Source of the DNA: Saprolegnia diclina VS20
Taxonomy: Eukaryota
Assembly: GCF_000281045.1 (NCBI RefSeq)
Contig: NW_008246086.1
Span: 584,881 to 648,880, forward strand
Direction: 5' to 3'
DNA length: 64,000 nt
Notes under the pieces: model-generated
Database searches by the model: none
The model's input: the letters and a program-made list of their open reading frames with translations, nothing else
What the model was told of the DNA's origin: nothing
Shown here: positions 55,485 through 64,000 of the stretch, piece by piece
How positions within the stretch are numbered: the first letter of the stretch is position 1
How the letters are laid out: each line of letters starts with the position of its first letter
Made by a program: the position numbers and the translations under genes

Positions 55485-56730
55485 TTAAAAGGGTTCGCAG
55501 CGCACCCAGCCCGACGACTGGAGGCTCTTGACGCCCGAGTTGCCTCGCTGAAAGGGCATGATCGCACAGCGCTTCTCTTGGAGCATCTGGAAGAGGATGC
55601 GCGCCTTCTCGCCCGTGTTGAGGACAACGTAGAGCTACGCGCGTTACGAATAACTAATTAGCAAGAAGGGACGTACAGCGTCGTCCGTGAAGGACTGGAT
55701 CGTGCCGACGTACTCGCGCTGCATGAGGTTGGACGAGAGGACGACCTCGTCACCCTCGTCAAAGAGGAAGTCGCCGCAACTGAGCACTCCCCGAGTGCAC
55801 GACGTTGGCACTAAGTGCACAGTAAGATCAAGTCGCATCTTATAGCAGAAGGGTATACCTGGCGCCAGCGTGTCGTTGAGGACCGGCGTCGTCTTCCAGC
55901 TCCCGCAAATGGCGGCAACGTCGCTCTGGACCTCGGGCAGCGCGAGGCAACACTCGGACGGTTGCAACAAGCCTACAGCACCTCGGGATATTCCGAGCAA
56001 GGCAGAGCGGGAGAGTACCGTCGGCGAGCTTGGGCTTCTTGGCCACCGGCTCGTCAGCAGTATGGTCGGCGTCCAGCTGTGTGAGCTGCGCCGCGACATC
56101 GGCGAGCATGGCATGGACGTGGCTCATCATGTCGTACTTGATGCAGTCTTTCCCGGTTGCGTAGAGGTCCTCAGCCTTTTGATAGTCAAAGAGAAGTAGG
56201 TCCTGGACGTTCTTGAGCTGGAGCTCGCGATGCTGTCGCGCTGTCTGGAGCGCGCGGCTCCGGTCCTCCTTGAATTCGACGCACCGCCGGCAGTACTCGG
56301 CGAACGTACCATCTTCGATCATCTGAACTTTCTTCTTGAGCTCAAGCATGTGCTCCTTGAACTCGGCGGCGGTCTCTTCGTGGCCGTCGTTCTCGCCGTC
56401 GTCGTCGTCCGCGTCGTCGAGACGCGCCTTGCTCTTGCTTCCGTGCTTCTTCTCGTCGAGGATGTCGGCCTCGGCTTCTTCGATGTATCCTGTGAGCGCT
56501 TGCAAGAGGCCCTGCGCGGTGGCCTCCTTGTCGTCCGCGTCGTCTTCCGACATGGAGTCGTCGACGTTGGTGCTGTCGTGGTCCTTCTCTTGCTGCTGCA
56601 GCGAGCGCGATCGAGGTGGCGGCGAGCGCAGCCCGTTGCCGTGGCTGCCACTGTCGCCGTCAACGTCCTTGGAGCTACTGCTTGTCTTGGGCTTGCGGCC
56701 ACGCTGTCCACCACGGCGAGATCGTTCCAT
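55485..56730 (-). CDS. SUDS3: Sin3/HDAC complex subunit Sds3-like (multi-exon)
   Basis: LKKKVQMIEDGTFAEY...R..ALQTA coiled coil; C-terminal beta-rich Tudor-like segment (GDEVVLSS...YVGTIQSF...LYVVLNTGEKARI). Confidence 0.75.
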
Positions 56731-57346
56731 CCTCGGCCGTGATCTTCGCCACAATTCAACTTTGGTCCAGCGCAAACTCCGGCTCTAACGTACACTATTT
56801 ACGGAGCAATATGCTAGAATAGAGTACAATTGGATCTTAGCTGGGACCAAGTGCCGAGAGCCATGCTCGAAGCATCGTCCAGCTTCCTTTGATGCTTTAT
56901 CTCCTCCATAAACACTGTGTTTTGACACGTCCGCGGGCGCTCCCTGCAGCCATGAACACGAGTTTTCGAGTTTGCATTTACACTATAATCGTATTTAAAA
57001 AGTACTGTGCATAACGTGGCCGGTGACAAACCCGGAGACTGACCGTACTTCCATTCATTTGTACTCTTGCGCGCGTTGGCGGTGCACCGGTAGTCTCATG
57101 ATCCCGCTCAAGACGACAAGGCACATGGGCGAGGGGACGAAGCGAGTCCAGGCGGCTACCATAAGCTGAAGGATTTCAAATCCTGGAGCATCATAGACAC
57201 TAAATCACACTATTAAGGAATCTAAATGAATAGTGTTACCCAGTTGTCGTCTTCCGGAGCAAACCCGGTGGCCGGCCAAGGCCTCCAATCAATTGGCCGC
57301 TAAGGTGCTCATTTGAGCAACCCAATCGGTGCGAGCAACCTAGAGG

Positions 57347-59562
57347 ATGGCGGACGAGACCCACAGCCATGAGCGCCCCGAGTACGGCTACGTGCAGCAT
57401 GATACCTTGTCATATGTGGTGCTCATGGCGACCTGCGTAGACGCGTGCGCCCGCGCCGCCTGGAGCCGGACACGACCGCGTACCTCCTCGAGGTCAAGAC
57501 GTCGCTGCTCGAGAGCCTCGGTGACGACGGCGACGATACCAAGTCGATTCTGCTCTGGAACGTCCTCGAAGAGCTGGCGCCGCGTATCGCAAGCGCGGCC
57601 TCGGACCGCCACGCGTGCGAGATCGTTGAAGTGCTCGTGGAGCACATGTCGCCGCGCCAGCTGAGCTTCTTCGTGCACAAGATGGAGGGCTACTACAGCC
57701 ATCTCTGGACGAACCGGTACTCGTCGCACGTGCTCCAGCGCATTCTGTCCAAGGTCGGCGCCATCGTGCAGGCCGAAGTCGACGGATCGCTCGAGACCAC
57801 CGAGGACGACGACGAACGCTCCAAGAACGTGCCAACGATGGCGGCGCTCATCGTGGCCATGTGCACCGAGGTCAAGGAGGAGTGGATCACGCTCGTCAAC
57901 GACGTCAGCGCGTCGCATGTGCTGCGTGGCGTCCTCTGCGCGCTCGCGGGCCGCGCGCCTGTCGCTGAGAAGCGCGGCAAGAAGGGCAAGCACGGCGCCG
58001 TCAAGTTTGAAAACCTCCCGAAGAAAAGGTATGGCGATATTTACGCGAACTCGAAGCTCACGCGTCTGTAGCGACGACGAGAAGCTCAACGCGGTCCAGT
58101 ACACGGTGCCGGAGACCTTTACGTCGACTCTCACCGACATTGTCGAGGTCATGATGGACGCGCCCGACGACAAGCTCGCGGAGCTCATGTTCGACCACCA
58201 CGCGGGTCCGTTCCTCTCGATCGCGGTCCGCGTCTGCCCCGATGCGCTGCGGCAGGACCTCGTCTTCCGCCTTCTCAACTGGGACGACGAAGAGTCGTCG
58301 AAGAAGCGGTTCTACGACTACGCCGGCGACACGGTCGCAAGTCACTTTCTCGAAGCGGTACTTGGTGTTGCTTCGAATGTCACTCGATACATTGATACTG
58401 TAGCTGTGCCAAACGGCGTCCGAAGGGCTCTGGACGAGCGTGTTTGATCGCTGCATGCAGAGCCGCCTCTTGGAATTTTCCGAGCACGCGATCTCCAACT
58501 ACGTGGTGCAGAACTTTATCTCGCACGTGCCAAATGCAGAGTACGCCGACCTGGTCCTTGATGAAATGAAGGACGCGCTCTGGACGCTGCTCTCGATGCA
58601 CCGCCCGGGCGTCATCTGGCGCCTCGCCGAGTGCTGCGTGCGCTTCAAGCTCCACTTTGAGCGCTTCTTCAACTCGCTCACGGCCGCGGTCGCCAAGCAG
58701 GAGAGCAAGAAGCCCGCCGCGGTGCAGAAGGACGTGGTGCCGGCGCTCATCGCACTCGAACTCTCCAACTCGCAGGTATTATTGCCCTTGAAAATGCGAT
58801 GAAAAGAGACTTACATAATTCTACCGTAGAACGCCAAGCTCTCGCTCAACGTGGCCGGCGCGCGCATCGTCGAGACGCTTCTGCAGTTTCCCGCGAGCAT
58901 CACGGCGCCGCTCGTCAAGAGCATCCTCGGCCTGAACGGGCTCCAGCTCGTTGCGCTCTCCAAGGACTCTGTCGGCAGCCGCTGCCTCGTGGTATGTTGT
59001 CGTGTTGATAGCACTCGGCTCTCAGAAATGATTTTTTCAGGAGCCCATCTGGAACAGCGAGAACGACGAAGCTAAGATCGAGCTCTTCACCAAGTTCAAG
59101 GGCCAGTTTGGCACTCTTGCGATGGACCGCAACGGCGCCTTCTCGGTCATCAAGTGCTTCAACACCATGTCGCTCGAGTACAAGGTACACCATTGGCTCC
59201 CTCCAGTTGATACACTGATACTCTTGCGCAGACGATGATCGCGGAAGAGCTCTCGTTCATGGACGCCAAGCTCGTTGGCAACCATTTCGCGTCCATGGTC
59301 CTCACCAACTGCAACGTGCACGAGTTCAAGACGAACGAGGAAAAGTGGCGGTCGACTTACGGTACAATTCCGCGAAATATACGCTAACGATGCTGAGCAC
59401 GCTCAACTAGAGCGCAAGCGCAAGGTCAAGGAGCTCTTCTCGGACCTCGTCGACGAGACGTCCACCAAGATGCACAAGAAGCACAAGAAGGACAAGGCCG
59501 ACAAGAAGGAAGCGACGCAGCCCAAGGCCAAGAAGGCCAAGAAGGCCAAGAAGTCCACGTAA
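57347..59562 (+). CDS. NOP9: Nucleolar Pumilio-repeat protein NOP9/APUM23-like (multi-exon)
   Basis: LEPDTTAYL, NRYSSHVLQ, DVSASHVLR, DTVASHFLE, HAISNYVVQ, DSVGSRCLVE, DRNGAFSV repeats; Lys-rich tail. Confidence 0.9.
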
Positions 59563-59938
59563 TTACTAGATCAACTCACTACTCTATCATCTCGTATTGT
59601 TGCGAGCGACCACACTCTGCAGGTTTATCCGAGCCGAGGCTGCGTCGCATGCGCATACCGCTTGAGGGACGAGCAGTAAGCTCACGCGGAGCGACCATTC
59701 GGACGATGGCCTGTCTCTCGATGCGCGTTGTTGCAGGGCGGTGCGTGGGACATGGGCAGATACAATGTCCTCAAGGTCACCTTTGCATGGGCAGTCGGTC
59801 GGTGACCGTGCAGCGAGTCGGCTCGGTGGCTTGGTCTCCTTCCGTCAACATTGCGATCGGATCGGTGCGACATGCGGCGAAGCTTCCGGAGCGTATCCGG
59901 CGGCCCCGTCATCCCGAGATTTCTGTCGCCGTTGCAGG

Positions 59939-61191
59939 ATGGTCGCCGAGTCGTCGCCGCTGTCGGCCGGAGCCTCCTTCCTGCATACCCCGCAGCCCCA
60001 CCATGACATCCTCTTCTTTGGCACGCTCGACAAGCGGCGTACGTCCTTGGCCTCGTCCATTACATACCTCATGTGCATAGATGCGTAGGCGACGGCGCGG
60101 TCCGTGGCGGCTGGGTACGACGACGACGCGCTGCCTGTAAGGCTCATGCACGCGATGTAGGCGACGCGCCTCTTCCTTCTGACGTCGCAATGGCTTGTGT
60201 ACTTTCGCCTCACGTCCAAGCTTGAGATTCTCGGCGAAGAGCGCGAGCGCGTCCACCTCAAATCGATCGCCAAGGTACCGCCGCCCTACCGCTGGCTTCT
60301 TGCTTAGGAGGATGCTGCGTAGGTGCGCGTGGCGGCCGAGTCCGAGGTGCCATCGGCCGCGGTCGAAGTTGCCAAAGAGTTTGTCTACCTCGAGATTACG
60401 CTGCAGTCGCACCGCGTGCTGCTCATGCGCACGTCGCGGAGCGAAGCCGCGGCCGTCGACACGTGGGTCGCAGCCATCAACGAGCAGCGCGAGGTGCTCC
60501 TCCAGCCGACGCCCAAGCTCATGTACTCGGGCACGGCCAAGGTACCGACGCCGGCGCCGACGCCCGTCCCGCCCGAGTCGACGCCCTCGACCGTCCACCG
60601 CTTTGACCACGCGATTGCGCTCGTCGGCATGGTCGACGACTACACGGAGCGCGAAGAGTTTGTCGTCGCCAAGAACGTGGCGTTCGGCCAGCGCATCGAG
60701 CTCGGCGTCGTCAAGCAGGGCGGCGCGTGCCTCCTCATGCTCGACGACGGCGGCGTCGCGCGCATCGGGACGCAGGCGCTGCTCGGCAGTTGGGACGCCA
60801 ACGAAACGTGCTGGGTCGAGTTTCTCGGCGCGTCAGTTCCCTGCGAGGTCGAAGTGTCGGTCTCGTGCCAGGTCGTCAAGCACACGCCGCCAATCACGCG
60901 TGCGTCCTCGGACGCAGCGCTCTTGGCGCCCTCGCCTTGGCACACGCTACTCCGCAAGGCCTCGGACGGTACGCTACGACGACATGTGAAAGGGACCAAG
61001 TTATGAGGGTAGGCGCGAGCCTCGGCTTTCTGTTGCTAGCGATCCTTGTGCATTTCATGTACGGCGTCCAGGGCTTCCACTGGTCGCACAAGGCGTGTCT
61101 CACGGCCGGCGCGGCGCTCGCGATCACGAGTCTCCTCCACAGCTCCGACACGACGTCGGCGACGCGGTCTGTGGTGTTCTGTGGCGGTTGA
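59939..61191 (+). CDS. PH-domain-like hypothetical protein with possible C-terminal hydrophobic segments (multi-exon)
   Basis: ILFFGTLDKR...RLFLLTSQWLVYF...VDTWVAAINEQ follows the PH pattern; start and 3' exons uncertain. Confidence 0.55.
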
Positions 61192-61352
61192 AAGATTGAT
61201 ACGGTTCTAGATTGAAGCGGGCCGCCCGACGATCCCAGGCGTCGCTCATTCCCAAGGTGCAGCTGACGCTGATCGTGCATCAATGCCGCCGCACGGCCGC
61301 GGCCTCGTAGCACAGAGAAGATGTCAACTCTCACTACCTCAATAAGATTCGA

Positions 61353-64000
61353 TTACGTGGCACCGTATCGCCGCAGAAAGGCCTGCGCCGACGACGAGAG
61401 GGGTACGACGTCTGCGTTGGGGGCAGAGAGGGCCAATAACACTTGCGAGAGAAGCTCGGGGTCGAGTTCGACGAGCGCTTCGACCGGAACATCGGGGTGC
61501 GTCGGGAACGCAGCGCTCCACAGCGCTTGGAAGCGTGTTTCGTCGAGCGCGACGTTGGGTGTCGGCAGCGACTGGTCCGAGAGCGAAAGCTGCTGCGTCG
61601 ACGTCATCGAATGGTGCTGCAAGCGGGCGTTGGTGCGGTACGACGGCGCTTCGGAGAACGACCGCGACCGCCGAGTCGAGGTCGCAGCGAGCTCGGCGCA
61701 CGACGGCTGGCGACGGCGCGGCTGGCGGATCGAGCCCGACTCGCCAATGGACGCAAAGAGGACGGCATTGTCGGGCAAGTCCAAGTACGCGGCGGCGTGG
61801 AGACTCCAGTCGGCACCCACGTCGACGCCGTCGCCCGTCACATCGAGAAGCTCGTACGCGCGCACTTGGAAGCGCTTGCGCAGAATGTTGAGCAGCACGT
61901 GCGTCTCGGTGCCGGGGACGTACGTGATGTTGAGCACTTGGTGTTGGAGACACGGGCTCTTGAGCGAGAGCGATTTGCGGGCGCGGGGGCCGTACCGGTC
62001 GACAAACATCATGCGCACGTTGAGGCGGAAGGGCAGCGGGAGGTGGATCGCCCAGAGGTGCACGAGGCAGTGGTCGCAGACGCGGCCGACGTCGCCGCTC
62101 GACTCGGGCAAGAGGAGGCGGCTGCTCGAGCACTTGGCGCAGACGACGCGTCGGCAGAGGCCGCACCGGTGCCGCCATTCAAAGAACGAAAACGTTTTCG
62201 AGCACATGTGGCAGCCTTCGTCGGCCATCGAGTGGTCGGGCGTCAGCATCGGCTTCGGGACCGGCTTGTCGAGCAAGCCCCCTTCAAGAAGCGCATCGAG
62301 CTCGTGGGTCGAGACCGTGTTGGCGTGGTACAAGTTGCGCTCTTCGACCATGAGCGCTTGGAGGAAGCCTTGGTTGGGGAAGCACACGCCGCGGTTCGCG
62401 ATGCAATAGTTGACTGCTGTCACAAGCGACCAGCGCTGCGCGCGCATGAGGTAGTAGATAGCGAGCGTCGCGGACCGCGAGATGCCCTGCGTGCAGTGGA
62501 TGAGCACGCGGCTGTGCTGCGTCTGCTTGGCGCCCTCGAGAAACGCAAACGTGGGTTCAAAGTGAGCCGCAATGTTGGCGTAAATGTCGTCCTTGATCTT
62601 GACCTCGTGGTACGCGACGCCGGCCGCCTCAAAGACGTTGCCCGTGTCGAGGCTGGCGTTGACAATGTGCGTGATGCCGAGGTTGCGCACGACCGAGGAC
62701 GACTGCGCGTGCCACATGTTGCCGAGGAAGAGGAAGCCGTCGAGGAGCTCGTTCGGGTAGTTGATGTTGTGCGTCCCGCTCTGCGTGCGCGCGAGGAAGA
62801 GCCCTTCGTCGGCGTTCTGCCCCGCAAAGAGGAACTGCGTCGTGTAGAACGGGTACCGGTACTGGAACGTCGTGAAGCCGTCGTCAAGGTATCGAACGCT
62901 CGAGACCAGCCCTTCCTCGACGAGGAGCGCTCCGAGCTGGCGGCCCCAGTGCGGCGTGCTCGGCCGCACCGTCTCGCCGTAGATCACCACCTCGCGCAGC
63001 TTGCGCTTCTTGGCCGAGAAGAGATGCGCTTGCTCCGGAAGAAGCGCCCGCTCGAGCTGACTCAGCGACACGCGGCCCGACGGCGGCGGCGCCGAGATTG
63101 CTGTCGGGATCGAGTCTTCTTCAAAGCTTCCGCGGCTTCGCGCGTCCAGCAGGAGCATGCCGGTCCCACTCTGCAGGCGGTTGAAGAGCCATCGGCACGT
63201 GACCGACGTCTCGGGCACGACGCGCCGACGCGTCTCGGGCCGCGCGTCGGTGGTGCTCGCGAGCACAAACGCGTTGGTTGCAAACGACGAGGCTTTTGCG
63301 GCTGTTTGCTTGGCCGCGAGCGCTTGGAGCTCCGCGGCGTTGAGGTTCGCGAGCGCAATGGCGTGGGCGGCCTTGTCGCGCGGCGGAAGGCCGTCGCCAC
63401 GCGTGAGCTGGCGCAGGGCGGCCTTGTCGTCGGCGGCGATGCTGCGTTTGCCGTAGAGCGCCGTTTCCTTGGCGAGCAAGATGCCGAGGATCGCATCGCG
63501 CGGCATCATGCCAGGCCGACCGCACAAGACACGGTGGTACGCGTCATAGAGCGACGCGCGCTCGGTCTTCATGATAAAGTAGACCACGAGCATGCAGCAG
63601 CGCGACCGGCCGTACGTCGAGTGGACTAGGAGGCGCGATTTGGTCGCAAACGCCGCCTCGATAAACGCTGTCGCGTCGTCAAAGGCACTGAACGTGCCGG
63701 CCTCCGGGTCTTCGCGCGAGACAGACAGGTCGAAGTACTCGACGTGCGCGAACGGCTTGTCCTGCGTCGACGACGAGCAGTTGACGATCGCTTCGATGTT
63801 GAGGTCGCGGACGACGCTGCTGCGCACGGCGTCGGCGCTGTTGCCGAGGAAGATCCAGCCCGATGACGTCGCAATCAAGTTGACGCTGGGCGGCGCGTCG
63901 AGCCGGAACGACGACGCAAACGACGGATCGACGAACTGCGTGATCAGCGGCGCGAGGCCCGCGCTCGCGCGAAGCTCGGCCACGACGTGGATGAGCAGCT
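61353..64000 (-). CDS. Dual-specificity phosphatase: inactive DSP + rhodanese + DSP + FYVE-like finger (5' end outside window)
   Basis: DSP1 IFLGN...VHSTYGRSRC; rhodanese LLLDARSRGSFEEDSIPTA...YLDDGFTTFQYRYP; DSP2 LFLGN...IHCTQGISRS...FPNQGFLQAL; CHMC..FSFFEWRHRCGLC..VVCAKC...RVCDHC. Confidence 0.93.
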   Translation of the reverse strand, partial: LLIHVVAELRASAGLAPLITQFVDPSFASSFRLDAPPSVNLIATSSGWIFLGNSADAVRSSVVRDLNIEAIVNCSSSTQDKPFAHVEYFDLSVSREDPEAGTFSAFDDATAFIEAAFATKSRLLVHSTYGRSRCCMLVVYFIMKTERASLYDAYHRVLCGRPGMMPRDAILGILLAKETALYGKRSIAADDKAALRQLTRGDGLPPRDKAAHAIALANLNAAELQALAAKQTAAKASSFATNAFVLASTTDARPETRRRVVPETSVTCRWLFNRLQSGTGMLLLDARSRGSFEEDSIPTAISAPPPSGRVSLSQLERALLPEQAHLFSAKKRKLREVVIYGETVRPSTPHWGRQLGALLVEEGLVSSVRYLDDGFTTFQYRYPFYTTQFLFAGQNADEGLFLARTQSGTHNINYPNELLDGFLFLGNMWHAQSSSVVRNLGITHIVNASLDTGNVFEAAGVAYHEVKIKDDIYANIAAHFEPTFAFLEGAKQTQHSRVLIHCTQGISRSATLAIYYLMRAQRWSLVTAVNYCIANRGVCFPNQGFLQALMVEERNLYHANTVSTHELDALLEGGLLDKPVPKPMLTPDHSMADEGCHMCSKTFSFFEWRHRCGLCRRVVCAKCSSSRLLLPESSGDVGRVCDHCLVHLWAIHLPLPFRLNVRMMFVDRYGPRARKSLSLKSPCLQHQVLNITYVPGTETHVLLNILRKRFQVRAYELLDVTGDGVDVGADWSLHAAAYLDLPDNAVLFASIGESGSIRQPRRRQPSCAELAATSTRRSRSFSEAPSYRTNARLQHHSMTSTQQLSLSDQSLPTPNVALDETRFQALWSAAFPTHPDVPVEALVELDPELLSQVLLALSAPNADVVPLSSSAQAFLRRYGAT

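Noticed and set aside
57097..57170. ATGAT...CTGA segment as a C/D snoRNA or 23-codon ORF upstream of NOP9
   Set aside because: C box is non-consensus, there is no terminal stem, and the ORF is too short to support.
28810..59562. Functional cluster of ribosome-biogenesis/mitochondrial genes (MAK11, eIF3j, YbeY, ALKBH1, MRPL32, NOP9)
   Set aside because: Interspersed with unrelated genes; such housekeeping genes are common in gene-dense regions, so no evidence of a dedicated cluster.
61443..63629. 728-aa and 362-aa plus-strand ORFs opposite the phosphatase
   Set aside because: Same antisense shadow effect; the minus frame carries all recognisable motifs.

Overview
Eukaryotic, GC-rich, gene-dense draft-assembly window with five N-gaps. 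Short (~45-60 nt) GT-AG introns, codon style and gene content suggest an oomycete, probably Saprolegniales (inference). Two repeat-rich accessory blocks (~1-9.9 kb and ~18.7-26.9 kb) are built from the same degenerate modules. They contain long fold-back hairpins and an internally deleted Pong/PIF-Harbinger transposon, and they flank a core trio: an N-terminally extended Rab, a CCDC137-like gene and an intronless myosin with PX and GAT tail domains. From 27 kb on, the window is mostly housekeeping genes: a head-to-head claudin-like pair, MAK11/PAK1IP1, eIF3j, a Yhm2-like carrier, YbeY, ALKBH1, NDUFB10, SHPRH, MRPL32, SUDS3 and NOP9. It also holds unusual signalling genes: an ATR-derived PIKK that seems to lack its N-lobe, an ankyrin-RGS protein, and a pseudoDSP-rhodanese-DSP-FYVE protein. 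No rRNA, tRNA or CRISPR was recognised. I cannot demonstrate a clearly new multi-gene system; the best candidates are in the findings. Family calls come from motif recognition by eye, not searches, and exon boundaries are approximate.
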